Made by a program: the position numbers and the translations under genes
Shown here: positions 48,213 through 58,887 of the stretch, piece by piece
How positions within the stretch are numbered: position 1 is the first letter of the stretch
Layout: each line of letters begins with the position of its first letter
Notes under the pieces: model-generated
Seen by the model: the letters and a program-made list of their open reading frames with translations, nothing else
Database searches by the model: none
What the model was told of the DNA's origin: nothing
Virus record (IMG/VR): IMGVR_UViG_3300025276_000027
Span: 1 to 64,000 of that record
DNA length: 64,000 bases
Source of the DNA: a virus
Strand: one strand, 5' to 3'

Positions 48213-50423
48213 TTAACAAGCAGATGTTATTTCCGCCTGTATATTAGCTGCATCAAAGGTATTATTATAATTTCCACCAGTTGTTGTTGCTAAATATCTC
48301 CATGGATAAACTAATGATCCACCTGGAGGAGTATAACCTGCATCAACACCTGGGCCTAATATAAATATCTTAACTCCTTGAGTTAAAGCTTGAGTTGCTA
48401 ATGTTTGAATAAATGTCCAATCATTTGCATCAAACTTTCCATCATCACCACCTGGTAATACATCTGTTCCTACAATTATAAATCTAGCAACACCCACTCT
48501 CCATATTCCAGTAAAATTGTTATTCAATACTCTATTAATAGCTTGATCTGTACATTCTGGTCCGGTAGATCCACCATACCCAATTTGTACACATGTTCCT
48601 ACTCCACCTGGGCTATTTAATAAATTTAATTGTGTTGTTGCAGTTGTTGCATTGTTAGTTTGAAACATTTCCCATGCAGAAATAAATAATTGATGACCAC
48701 TATTTCCTGGATAATTTAATCTTTGTGCTGCTGGTAAACTTGTATATTCTGTACAAGCATTATAATTAGGTGTAACACCAAAATTATCTTCATCAGCTGT
48801 TGTAATAGATATTCTATATTCATTTCCAGCTGAAACTTGATTTTGTATAGTAGTAATTAAACTTGCAAAACCAGTTTTAAGAGCATTAATTGAAGTACCC
48901 ATACTACCTGAATAATCCATAATAAATGCTACGTCCATTCCATCATCACAGGCAGCTGCTGCAGATGTTGTTTTAAAGTTTGTTTTAGCAGTACACACTT
49001 CTACTACACCTCCAAATGTATTTGTTATTCTTACATCATATGATGTTCCAGGTGTTAAGCCTGTAAATGTATGACTTGGTGTAGGAGTTGGATTAGTTAA
49101 AGTAGTTGTTGCTACAACAACTGCACCATCTAAAATATCTACTATATAAGTTGCTGTTGTTCCTAATGTATTTGTTAATGTTACTGTTGCTTGAGTACTT
49201 GTTATTGCACTTACAACAACTGCTGGACATGGTACTATACCACCTACAACACTACTTTGATCATTTTGACAAGTATTTACACCATCAGTAAAACTATATG
49301 AGACAGCTATATTTATATTCCCAGAAGTATTTAATGATCCTGTACTAAATAAATATCCGCCTGCATTATTTTGTAGAGATGATATACTAACTGTTGTTGT
49401 TAAACTACTTCCAAGTGAATCTGTTATTGTTATATTACTAAAACCAGATGAGTCACTATATGTAGCAGGTATACTTGAACCTGTAAAATTAAACAAAATA
49501 CCATTTATTGTTCCGTTAGCTGCTAATGATTTAGATGTTGTATAATTATATACTATAGCATCACATGCACCAGGGCAACAATTTGTTTGTATAGCCGCAA
49601 CTGCAGTATATAAATCATCAATTACCACCCATGCATTTTGAACTGATTGAGCTAAATTAGATGGGGAATTATTATATCCTGCAATTGATCCATAAGATAC
49701 TGCAGAATTTGTTAAAGTTAAATATGAACCTGTAATTACTGTTTGAGCAATTGCAGATGAAATAGCTGATGGTGTTCCCACAGCTGTTTGCAATGCACAA
49801 AATGCACTTTCAAGTGCTGTAACTACTACTGATACATTTGTTAGTTGACCTATCGTACTTGTTACACAAGTTGGTACAATTTGAACTTCTGTTATAGCTC
49901 CACTACAAGGTAATACACATGCTTCTAATACATCTATTCTAGTATCTAAACTAGTTAATGTTGTATTGATTGTTGTTATACTTGCTAAATTTGTACATAC
50001 CTGATTTGCTATAAGTAAAGCAAAAGCATCTAAACGTAACTCAGTTACTGGATTACCACTTGCATCATTATATTTCAAACATGCAGGTAATGTCATCATT
50101 GGTAGTGGAGTACTAGGACCAAGTGATGAAATGCTATTAGCACAAATTTGAGTAACCATAGCCTGTAATACAGGAACTAAAGTTGTAGGAGTTGTACCTT
50201 GAATGTTTAAACATGATAAATCTAACCCTGTAAGACTTGGGTTAGCTGATACTCCGTCTGTTATTATTTTACAAACTTTATCACCAATCTTTTTAGTAAC
50301 TTCACTGATTGTATCACCAGTACAAAGCTCTATACATGCAATGTCCGGCCCTTGCCATATTACACAATTAGATGATATGTTATTACATCCATTTGTAGTT
50401 ATACTTGAATTCGTTGGGATCAT
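48213..50423 (-). CDS. Cys-rich fibre-like protein with coiled coils, FN3 and C-terminal vWA domain
   Basis: FTGLTPGTSYDVRI (FN3); DVAFIMDYSGSM (MIDAS), IIVGTD, GVKIFILG, YLATTTGG (vWA). Confidence 0.8.
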   Translation of the reverse strand: MIPTNSSITTNGCNNISSNCVIWQGPDIACIELCTGDTISEVTKKIGDKVCKIITDGVSANPSLTGLDLSCLNIQGTTPTTLVPVLQAMVTQICANSISSLGPSTPLPMMTLPACLKYNDASGNPVTELRLDAFALLIANQVCTNLASITTINTTLTSLDTRIDVLEACVLPCSGAITEVQIVPTCVTSTIGQLTNVSVVVTALESAFCALQTAVGTPSAISSAIAQTVITGSYLTLTNSAVSYGSIAGYNNSPSNLAQSVQNAWVVIDDLYTAVAAIQTNCCPGACDAIVYNYTTSKSLAANGTINGILFNFTGSSIPATYSDSSGFSNITITDSLGSSLTTTVSISSLQNNAGGYLFSTGSLNTSGNINIAVSYSFTDGVNTCQNDQSSVVGGIVPCPAVVVSAITSTQATVTLTNTLGTTATYIVDILDGAVVVATTTLTNPTPTPSHTFTGLTPGTSYDVRITNTFGGVVEVCTAKTNFKTTSAAAACDDGMDVAFIMDYSGSMGTSINALKTGFASLITTIQNQVSAGNEYRISITTADEDNFGVTPNYNACTEYTSLPAAQRLNYPGNSGHQLFISAWEMFQTNNATTATTQLNLLNSPGGVGTCVQIGYGGSTGPECTDQAINRVLNNNFTGIWRVGVARFIIVGTDVLPGGDDGKFDANDWTFIQTLATQALTQGVKIFILGPGVDAGYTPPGGSLVYPWRYLATTTGGNYNNTFDAANIQAEITSAC

Positions 50424-50474
50424 AAATATTTTATTTAATTATAATGCACTGATTGGTTAAAGACTGTACAATTA

Positions 50475-50485
50475 TAATATACAAA
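50475..50485 (-). promoter_or_regulatory. Putative late promoter motif TTTGTATATTA
   Basis: TAATATACAAA on +, 51 nt upstream of the 50423 start. Confidence 0.55.
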
Positions 50486-50554
50486 AATTTTTAAAACCAA
50501 ACAAGAAAGTGAAGTCTTAAAAATTTTTGAAAATATTTATATAAGTAAGAAAGT

Positions 50555-50803
50555 TTATCCTTCTTGCACTTCTAATTCTTTTATTTCTCCTGATGCTAAA
50601 TCAACATTAACTCTACCATAAACTTCCTCCAATGCTTTTGCATTTTCATTCCATCTTTCTTGGATTTCTAAATGTTTAGATAAGAGTTGAGACTTAACTA
50701 CTTCCGCATTACCCAATTGACCAAGTATGTTGTTTACTTCTTGTTGTAATTCTGTAAGAGTTTCTAATTCTTTTTTAGAAATCTTTTTTGTTTTTTTTGC
50801 CAT
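50555..50803 (-). CDS. Small coiled-coil protein, possible fibre assembly chaperone
   Basis: 82 aa, helical, ending LEEVYGRVNVDLASGEIKE; follows the fibre genes. Function inferred from position. Confidence 0.5.
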   Translation of the reverse strand: MAKKTKKISKKELETLTELQQEVNNILGQLGNAEVVKSQLLSKHLEIQERWNENAKALEEVYGRVNVDLASGEIKELEVQEG

Positions 50804-50883
50804 GGTTTTAATTTTAAAATTATATATATATATTATACAAATATAATAAAATAATATTAATTGTTATTGTTATTTTTATTTAT

Positions 50884-53800
50884 TTAAAAAGTTGCAGTAT
50901 CCCAAACTCTGTATCTAAGTTTTATTCTTATTGATGTAACGGCTGTGGATATATTCAAGCTGGAAGAAACTCTTCTGAGTGTAGTTTCCTTATCAGGTCT
51001 GTAAGTTCTATTTAAAGTAGATCGGCCAGTGTCATTTTCATACATTCCAGAACTATAAGCACTAGCAGCACCATTTGCATAAGTTATACTGTTTAATGTT
51101 TCTCCAGTTATATAAGCTACAAGATCCGCATCATTAGCGTCATTTGAATCCTGATCAATTTCATACCGTTGATTTATTGATGTTTGATTTGTGTTGTAAC
51201 TATAGTTTACTAAAAAAGTAGCTTTTTCTACTATAACATATTTATTTGTTCCTGGTGATTTTAAAAGTGTAATTCCACTACCATTTGCTGTAGGTAGGGC
51301 ATTCATTTCAGCTCTAGTAAATTCAAATGTTGCCTCTTGAGCTGTTCTTACTACATTACCATTTGCCATCGTACCTAAATCAGATGTAGTATCTGACATA
51401 TTACCACCTGATGGACTAAAGTTTTGAATTGGTCCTACTCCTGAATTGGGAGTACTTGAAGTATTTGTTGCTATATAACCGTTTAAAAGTAAATTACTAG
51501 AACAACCTAAAGTACCTAATGAATTAATTATATTACCTCTAAGAGTTCCCTCTACATTTACGTTTTGTACATATGATGCAGGAGCTCCAAAGTATATGGT
51601 GTTCCCTGAAGCTCCTCCTTGAATAAAAGCATATCCAGATGATTTATAAATAGTTAAATAGTTGGTTCCAGCATCTTGTATAGTTAATGAACCTGTATTT
51701 CCCTCTCCTATTGTCATAGAACCACCCAGGTTTAAATTACCTGCAAATTTACTATTAGAATTAGTATCTATAGAATAAGTCGTACTATTATTCATAAACA
51801 GACTACCACCTTTTGTTTTTCTTAAATCCCAAGAAGCCCAATTAGCATTTAAAAAACCATAGTCAGTACCAGCTCCATATATTTGCCAAACGTGATTACC
51901 ATTTCCTGCAAATGCAGAAAACCCAGCATCTGAACTTGAGCCACCAGCTTGATAATAAAGATTTTGAACAGTATTTCCTTTTGCTAAATAACCTTGAGTA
52001 TTGCCTCCAATTTGTACATACCCGGCTGTTGTAAGATTCCCACCTGTAGTCATATTTCCTGAAAGGTCTATATCTCCAGCTGTACTAATAGTTAATCTTT
52101 TTATACCGGTACTTGCTGTTCCAGAAGAAGCTGGTCCAGTATATATCTCAAATGCTCCAGCAATAAACCTAATATATGTTTGTCCTTGTGCTGCAACTTT
52201 TCTTCCGTAATAAGGAGAACCCGCTATATTTGCACCAATACCAGAGCCATTATATGTTACACCAGGCTCAGAACACCACATGTCTATAAAAGCTTTACGG
52301 TCATCAAGAGCATCATTATAAAATAAATTAAATCGTGATGTACTATGACCACCTTCTAATGTAAGAAGTGTTGAAGGACTGGCAGTTCCAATACCTAATC
52401 TATTATTACTATCATCCCAGTATAGAGCAGCATCTGCACTTAAAGAAGTAGTTCCACTCCAAAAAGCAACTCTTGTAGCAACACCAGAACCTGTCAATGT
52501 ACCTGTATTTGTAGTATAACCTTGATTTTTTACAAATGCTGTAGTAGCTAAATAAGTAGAGCTATCTGCTGTTGATCTTGTTACAGATATTGGCGTTGTT
52601 GTAAATGTTTTTGCTCCTGCTATAGATTGCGTACCTGAAGTTCTAACAACTGTACTGTCTACTAATAATCCTGTAGATGATTGTGATAATCCATCACCTG
52701 CTCCTACAGTTAAAGTACCAGTTGAAGTTATTGTACCACCTGATATTCCGTTACCAGTTGCAACTGATGTTACACCTGAACTACTTGAAGTACCAGCTCC
52801 AATTAGACTTCTTACTTCTGCGGCTGAAATACCTGTATTTAACGAAGGTAATGAACCGTCACTTAATATTGCAGCTGTTGATGTACCATCACCACCTCCA
52901 CCTCCAGAACTTACATTTGGTATTTTTATTAAAACCCAGGCTGCAGAGCTAAAATCAACTCCACCTTGCATGTTATTAGTTTCACTTGGATACTCATCAA
53001 AGAATCCATATATGTTATCATCATTACCAAACCCAGCAGTTTCAAAACTATCTTGCCCACTAAAAGTTCTTGTAGCAGTAACAGTTATTTTTGCATCATC
53101 TGCAGTATCCCAAGCAAAGGCACTTGCAGTTGCTGTTGTATAAGCTGCAGATGGATTTGTAACATTAGCATCTGACATACCCACAGACGTTTGAAGAGGA
53201 TTTATCCATCTTCCAAAACCATCATAACTACCATTTATATTCCAACCAAATTTATTATTACCACTATGGTTAGGGCCAACAGATGTCATACCATTTGTTG
53301 CTCCACCACTAAAAAAGAATTTCCATTTTCTACCTTGTGGAACACCATAAATAAAATCAATTGTTCTAGTATCTCTCCATCTAGAAAAATCAGTAGCACC
53401 CATTATTCTAACTTCTGTAGGAAAACTATCACCAAAATCAGCTGAAAATGAAGTTGTTTCATTTTGTGCTGTACCCAAAGATAATCCACTTACAGAACCC
53501 CATGTACCATTTAGTGCTATAGTATTCATTGCACTAGCAGCAAATCTACCTACTAAAATCCATTCACCATAATCATCTGTAATTACTCTACATTTTTGTA
53601 AACCTCCATTAGGTGTATCTATTAATCTAACTGAAGATGTATATACACCAAAACTTTTTACAGTAGCTACAGCTTCAAGATTGCTTTCAGGAGTTGTTAT
53701 ATTGTTTGTAAAAGTTGCAGGGCCATCAGCTGCTATAGTTAATCTTGTACCAAATCCAGCTGAACCATTTTGTGTTTGAAAAACTAAAGAACCTTTATCA

Positions 53801-56800
53801 TCTGCCCCATCCCTAAAGCCTGCTACTGTTGCTACACTATCACCATTATTACTAAATATTATTTCTCCAAATGCACCATTTGTACCATTTGTTCTTTTAC
53901 CATACATAATCATAGTAGCTACTGAAGATGTAGTGCCTACACTTGATACAGTTAAATTAGCATCTATTGTAGTATTTCCATTTAAATAACTTGTACCATT
54001 GTTGTAAAAATCATAACTTGTATTTGCTGCTCCTACATATACTCCTGGAGCTACTATATCTCCTAGAAAAGCTGCACCTTGATTAAAACTAAAAGCACTT
54101 CCAGCATTTATATTACCATCTGTTATAGTAATAGTATTATTAAAATATCCAAAATTCCATCTTTTGGTTGATCCACCAAGTGTTGAAGCAGCATCCGCTG
54201 CGGGTAAAATATCTCCTTGAAAAGTTACAGTAGCACTGCCATATCCATATCTAAATACTTCACTATTAGTTCCTGCTTCTCTACGGTAAAAAGAAATTGT
54301 ATCTGTTGTACTATTTCCAAAAGCAGGACTACCGTCACCATTGTAAACTATACCACCCCCATAAGTTGTAGATTGCCCTACGTAAACTACACCAGTTCCT
54401 TGTGAATCTCCATAAGCTTCTAAACTTGCTTGATAGCTATCTCCAGCCAAAGATCTAATAGCTCTATTTTGAGTAGCTGATGTTGTTCCAGCCTCTAAGT
54501 CTGCACCTGAAGTAATAAATACACTCGTTGATGATATATTATTAAGGCCTGTCCAAACTGCAACACCTCTTGTTGTCAAACGTTGACCTTGCACATTACC
54601 TACTTGTGTATTGTCAATTTTTTGCCATGTGTCTGTAGCTAAATCTGCCCTTATACACCAATCTCCAACTGCCCAAACATTAGGTGTTGTACCATTACCA
54701 TTTGGTGCAGAACTACCAGCAACACTTACTATATAATAATTACCTGGTATATGTGTTGCTACAGCTTGTAAATCTGGAGATCCACCACCACTAATACCTG
54801 AAGCATCCCATTCACTTACAAATTTTACAGCTCCTGTTGTAGCTGTATCAATAGCTGTTTGTATTTGCGCTCCCGTTGCTAAATTAGCAGAAGATGAACT
54901 TACCGTACCAGTTATAGCTGATACTACACGAGCAGTTGATGAACCACTTACGTTTATTGTACTTCCTCCGTCATCACTAACACTTGTAACTCCTGAACTA
55001 CTAGATGTTCCTGCACCTATTAAAGTTCTAACTTCAAGACCTGTAATTCCACTGTTTAAAGTAGGAGTACTTCCATTAGAAATTATTGCAGGAGTTTCTC
55101 CTGAACCATCATTAGTTGTTAAGTTTCTATATTGAGTAGTATCACCTCCTGAGTACACAGGTCCAGTAGTTACAATACCACCTTGATCTACTTGATCTAA
55201 ATCTACTTGTCCTGCTGTTGTAAAACTTGCCCATGCTGCTGCTGATATACCTCCGGGAGGATCAGCGTCTGGAGTAAAATCTTCTCTTACCCAACCATTA
55301 GATTGGAAGTCATCTCCAAGTATTGCAATATTAAGATTGTTTGTAGCATCATCAATATATACTTGAAGTGCAGCCCCCTGATATGTAGTATCATCTTTAA
55401 TTCTTAGGTATCTAAGAACTGATGTACCAAATCTATTGTTGGCTAAAACTGTAATTGTGTTTGAACCATCTGTTCCAAACATATGACCTGCATAAAAAAT
55501 AACAGATTGATGTCTTGAACTTGCTGTATCCCATAACCCAAATCTACCAATTGCTCTGTCTCCACCATTTGTTGCTATAGTATACCATCCAATTGCTGTA
55601 TTATCAATTGAATCTTTTTGAACATAGCCTCTTTCCAAAAAGGTTTCTATGTTTACAGTATCTAAACCTGTAACATGACCAAACCCATCTAATGTTACAT
55701 CTTGTATTACTACTCCATTTGATCCATTCACGGAACCTTGACTTGATGTATCTGCGTGAGATAAACTTCCCGTACTTGTTATTGTACCACCTGTTAAACC
55801 TGCTCCAGATCCTACAGCAGTTACTGTACCTGTACCAACACCTGAAGTAACAGAAGTTATATTACCAGAAGCATCAGAACGTAAAGTACCTGCACCATAA
55901 GTGTTAAATCTAATAGCACCAGCTGTAGAAACTCCAAATCTTGGTTGTCCGCTTGTTTCAAGTTGAAAAGGAACATAAGAGCCAGTACTTCCATAAGTAA
56001 CTGCAAGATTACCTACAGTATCATTAACTGCCATTAATATTTGATTATCATTAGTGCCAGTATTATCTAAAGCTGCAATTTCTCCTTTTACTAATAACTC
56101 TCTACCAAGTGCAGGACCTGTGCCAATACCAACGCTTTTAGAAAAGTAATTACCTATACCAGTTTCTCCCCATGACCATAGCCCTGTTGAGCTGGCTTCT
56201 ATACCTCTCCAGTCTGTAGCTCCACCGCCACTCATGTATATTCTTTCGTTACCCCCTCTTATATATAAACTTGAATTAACATACAAATCACCTGTTAGTG
56301 GTTTTGTATTTCCAGCTGTTAGTGGTAAGAAAACTCCGTCACCTGGCGTAAGAGCATCAGCATATGCTTTGGTGACAAAGTTAGCAGCAGCAGTAGGGGT
56401 AATACCAGATACTAAACCTGTAAAAGTTGCGTTTTGTGATGTGTCAATTGTTAACGCTTTAATACTATTTGTGTCAAAAACTAAATCATGATTTGAATAA
56501 GTTCCAACGTGTGCGTTTCCATCTTGTGCATAAAGCAATAATTTAACATTATTAGTCGTATCTTGTATTGTTAATATTGGGGTACCTGCACTTATTAAAC
56601 TAACATTTCCTGCAAAAGTTGAGAGTGCTTGCTGATTTATAAATAAAGCGTTGGTAGTTGTTGATCCGTTTGTTATTTGAAAATTATATTGACCCGTACT
56701 ATTAGTACCACCTCTTGATTTAAAAACAGAAGTTGAACCAGATTGCTTTATTACAAGTTGTAAGTCACTTGCAACAGTGTCGTTTATTGTTAGTTCAGGT

Positions 56801-56880
56801 TGGTTTTTAGTTATTGTTATATTTCCAGCAATAGTTGCACTACCTGTTACATTAAGACCATTATAAAACTGTATTGCCAT
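50884..56880 (-). CDS. Long tail fibre/receptor-binding protein (1998 aa)
   Basis: G/T/S-rich beta repeats, RLGIGTASPSTLL, LATTAFVK and GVTSVATGNGISGG fibre motifs; internal fibrinogen-like segment. Confidence 0.85.
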   Translation of the reverse strand: MAIQFYNGLNVTGSATIAGNITITKNQPELTINDTVASDLQLVIKQSGSTSVFKSRGGTNSTGQYNFQITNGSTTTNALFINQQALSTFAGNVSLISAGTPILTIQDTTNNVKLLLYAQDGNAHVGTYSNHDLVFDTNSIKALTIDTSQNATFTGLVSGITPTAAANFVTKAYADALTPGDGVFLPLTAGNTKPLTGDLYVNSSLYIRGGNERIYMSGGGATDWRGIEASSTGLWSWGETGIGNYFSKSVGIGTGPALGRELLVKGEIAALDNTGTNDNQILMAVNDTVGNLAVTYGSTGSYVPFQLETSGQPRFGVSTAGAIRFNTYGAGTLRSDASGNITSVTSGVGTGTVTAVGSGAGLTGGTITSTGSLSHADTSSQGSVNGSNGVVIQDVTLDGFGHVTGLDTVNIETFLERGYVQKDSIDNTAIGWYTIATNGGDRAIGRFGLWDTASSRHQSVIFYAGHMFGTDGSNTITVLANNRFGTSVLRYLRIKDDTTYQGAALQVYIDDATNNLNIAILGDDFQSNGWVREDFTPDADPPGGISAAAWASFTTAGQVDLDQVDQGGIVTTGPVYSGGDTTQYRNLTTNDGSGETPAIISNGSTPTLNSGITGLEVRTLIGAGTSSSSGVTSVSDDGGSTINVSGSSTARVVSAITGTVSSSSANLATGAQIQTAIDTATTGAVKFVSEWDASGISGGGSPDLQAVATHIPGNYYIVSVAGSSAPNGNGTTPNVWAVGDWCIRADLATDTWQKIDNTQVGNVQGQRLTTRGVAVWTGLNNISSTSVFITSGADLEAGTTSATQNRAIRSLAGDSYQASLEAYGDSQGTGVVYVGQSTTYGGGIVYNGDGSPAFGNSTTDTISFYRREAGTNSEVFRYGYGSATVTFQGDILPAADAASTLGGSTKRWNFGYFNNTITITDGNINAGSAFSFNQGAAFLGDIVAPGVYVGAANTSYDFYNNGTSYLNGNTTIDANLTVSSVGTTSSVATMIMYGKRTNGTNGAFGEIIFSNNGDSVATVAGFRDGADDKGSLVFQTQNGSAGFGTRLTIAADGPATFTNNITTPESNLEAVATVKSFGVYTSSVRLIDTPNGGLQKCRVITDDYGEWILVGRFAASAMNTIALNGTWGSVSGLSLGTAQNETTSFSADFGDSFPTEVRIMGATDFSRWRDTRTIDFIYGVPQGRKWKFFFSGGATNGMTSVGPNHSGNNKFGWNINGSYDGFGRWINPLQTSVGMSDANVTNPSAAYTTATASAFAWDTADDAKITVTATRTFSGQDSFETAGFGNDDNIYGFFDEYPSETNNMQGGVDFSSAAWVLIKIPNVSSGGGGGDGTSTAAILSDGSLPSLNTGISAAEVRSLIGAGTSSSSGVTSVATGNGISGGTITSTGTLTVGAGDGLSQSSTGLLVDSTVVRTSGTQSIAGAKTFTTTPISVTRSTADSSTYLATTAFVKNQGYTTNTGTLTGSGVATRVAFWSGTTSLSADAALYWDDSNNRLGIGTASPSTLLTLEGGHSTSRFNLFYNDALDDRKAFIDMWCSEPGVTYNGSGIGANIAGSPYYGRKVAAQGQTYIRFIAGAFEIYTGPASSGTASTGIKRLTISTAGDIDLSGNMTTGGNLTTAGYVQIGGNTQGYLAKGNTVQNLYYQAGGSSSDAGFSAFAGNGNHVWQIYGAGTDYGFLNANWASWDLRKTKGGSLFMNNSTTYSIDTNSNSKFAGNLNLGGSMTIGEGNTGSLTIQDAGTNYLTIYKSSGYAFIQGGASGNTIYFGAPASYVQNVNVEGTLRGNIINSLGTLGCSSNLLLNGYIATNTSSTPNSGVGPIQNFSPSGGNMSDTTSDLGTMANGNVVRTAQEATFEFTRAEMNALPTANGSGITLLKSPGTNKYVIVEKATFLVNYSYNTNQTSINQRYEIDQDSNDANDADLVAYITGETLNSITYANGAASAYSSGMYENDTGRSTLNRTYRPDKETTLRRVSSSLNISTAVTSIRIKLRYRVWDTATF
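52762..52878 (-). repeat. 39-codon internal repeat of the fibre, copy 2
   Basis: TAAILSDGSLPSLNTGISAAEVRSLIGAGTSSSSGVTSV; partner at 54979-55095. Confidence 0.85.
54979..55095 (-). repeat. 39-codon internal repeat of the fibre, copy 1
   Basis: TPAIISNGSTPTLNSGITGLEVRTLIGAGTSSSSGVTSV; same length (117 nt) as copy 2, diverged at synonymous sites. Confidence 0.85.
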
Positions 56881-56916
56881 TTTTAATAAATTAAGTTACT
56901 ATATGTTAGAAACTGC

Positions 56917-56927
56917 TAATATACAAA
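56917..56927 (-). promoter_or_regulatory. Putative late promoter motif TTTGTATATTA
   Basis: TAATATACAAA on +, 36 nt upstream of the 56880 start. Confidence 0.55.
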
Positions 56928-56937
56928 TATCCATTAA

Positions 56938-58866
56938 CTACCCAACATATGTAAGTAACACTTTATGTGTACTATCACCAATTGTTCCATTAAATTGAAC
57001 AATTAAATCAGCAGAAGATCTTGAAATACCTGCATATACAGTTTCACCTGCGTTAGTTATAACTTCACATTTTACATCTATGGCATTTGCTCCAGAAAAT
57101 GATGTAGTAACATCATATTTAAATGTAGTTACTCCACTTGCAGTAACACCACCTGTTAAAGCTACATTATCTCCTGTAACTCCTTGTTCTACACTAGTAA
57201 TTGTTATTGTGTCTGTACCGTTTGATGCTAATGTAATACCTGTTCCTTCTGCTAATTTAACAGTACTATCTGCACCACCATCTGTTCCATCTAAAAATAT
57301 TGGAACATTTATTCCAGATTTTGCTTGAGCTTTTAATTCATACTTAGCATCTGAATTATTAGTATAAAAAGGTACAGCCCATTTATTATCTTTAGTTAAA
57401 AATTTAGTTGCTGATCCGGATATCCCATCAACAGCTGTTAAATCTACATCTCCTATATTTATACTTCCTGCTTGTGCACTAAATGTAGTTTCATAAGCTA
57501 CATAAGTACCACCATTTTTATTAGTAAAATCAGTGACACCTTCATCAGACTGTACAACTGACCAATCAGCAACAAGTGAAGCATTAGCTGCTCTAACTAC
57601 TGTAGCTATAATTGAATCACCTATATCTAACACAGGACCAGAACAATAAAAAGATCCAGCAGTTGCAACTACATAGTAATCTCCAATAGCTACAGCAACT
57701 CTAGTTCCTGCACCACCTGGACAGTTATATAAATTAGATCCTGAATTACTTCCTGATACAATAGCACCAGTGGAAGCATTAAATGTTCCTTTAAACGTTA
57801 GACCACCTGAAACTAAACCATCAACATATCCTTTTGAAGCTGCATCTGTTGATGCTAAAGGTGTTCCTGGAATTGTTACTTGATATCCAAAAGAAGATCT
57901 AGTTGCTGCTCCTCCTGAATTAACCACTAAACTAGTTGTAACTGCTATATCATTCGGTAAACCAAATACATATGCATCTTCCGCTGTACCTGTTACTGTT
58001 ACTTGACTTCCTGTTCCACTAAATGATATTGTATCTTGAGTTGTACCATTAGCTGATAATATTAAATCAGTTGAACCTGCTGCTTTATCTAAAGCATATG
58101 TAGTATTTACATTTGGATTAGATGGCAATGTAAATGTTGTTTCCTTATGGCCTGTAACGTGTCCTGTTGCATTGGTTGTTACGTCTGTATACGCATCAAA
58201 TGTTCCCCCAAACGCTAAAGTAGCAGTATCTGTAGTTCCTGTATCAGTTTGAGTGGCGTGACCTATAGTTACATCGCCAGATGATCCACCACCAGTAATT
58301 GGAGCTGTAACTAAAACAGCTGTAATATCACCTTGCGGTATTGCTGGAAAACCAACTAAATCTCCTTGACCATTTATATATTGTGTAACTGCACCATTCA
58401 TTGTTATATCAACAGATGGGTTAACTGAAGCTACATTTCCAATAGCTGCAGTAAATGCATTACCAGCATGTGTAGCTGCTACTGAAGTAACAGTACCAGC
58501 TGCTGAATCAGTTCCTGTAACTGTAAGTGTATTTCCACTCCTTGTTACTCCTACTGTACCTGCACCAACTACTAATACATCATCGTGATTACTTGTCCCT
58601 GTTTCAGTTAATCTTACACCTGCTGTTCCATTTGTAGAACCAACACCTGTAAGGTCATATAATGTATCATTATCACTTGTTGCTATTGTAACCCATGATG
58701 AACCATTATACAATTTTAAAGCATTACTAGCTGAATTATAATAAACTCTACCAGAAATACCAGCAGGATCAGAACCCAATGGTTGAACTATAAAGTTTTG
58801 TAATTGGTTCTCATTTAAATTTACATTCCCTGTAACATTTAAACCTGTTAAAAATTGTATTGCCAT
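56938..58866 (-). CDS. Shorter tail fibre protein (642 aa), paralogous to the 1998-aa fibre
   Basis: Shares N-terminal MAIQFxxGLNVTG; GRVYYNSASNALKLYNGSSW, DAASKGYVD, LTFKGTFNAS...GDYYVV modules. Confidence 0.8.
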   Translation of the reverse strand: MAIQFLTGLNVTGNVNLNENQLQNFIVQPLGSDPAGISGRVYYNSASNALKLYNGSSWVTIATSDNDTLYDLTGVGSTNGTAGVRLTETGTSNHDDVLVVGAGTVGVTRSGNTLTVTGTDSAAGTVTSVAATHAGNAFTAAIGNVASVNPSVDITMNGAVTQYINGQGDLVGFPAIPQGDITAVLVTAPITGGGSSGDVTIGHATQTDTGTTDTATLAFGGTFDAYTDVTTNATGHVTGHKETTFTLPSNPNVNTTYALDKAAGSTDLILSANGTTQDTISFSGTGSQVTVTGTAEDAYVFGLPNDIAVTTSLVVNSGGAATRSSFGYQVTIPGTPLASTDAASKGYVDGLVSGGLTFKGTFNASTGAIVSGSNSGSNLYNCPGGAGTRVAVAIGDYYVVATAGSFYCSGPVLDIGDSIIATVVRAANASLVADWSVVQSDEGVTDFTNKNGGTYVAYETTFSAQAGSINIGDVDLTAVDGISGSATKFLTKDNKWAVPFYTNNSDAKYELKAQAKSGINVPIFLDGTDGGADSTVKLAEGTGITLASNGTDTITITSVEQGVTGDNVALTGGVTASGVTTFKYDVTTSFSGANAIDVKCEVITNAGETVYAGISRSSADLIVQFNGTIGDSTHKVLLTYVG

Positions 58867-58887
58867 TTTATTTTATTTTATATTTTT

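Noticed and set aside
50884-58866. Diversity-generating retroelement or invertible fibre cassette
   Set aside because: No reverse transcriptase or recombinase in the window; the fibre repeats are in-frame, direct and differ at synonymous sites rather than only at adenines.
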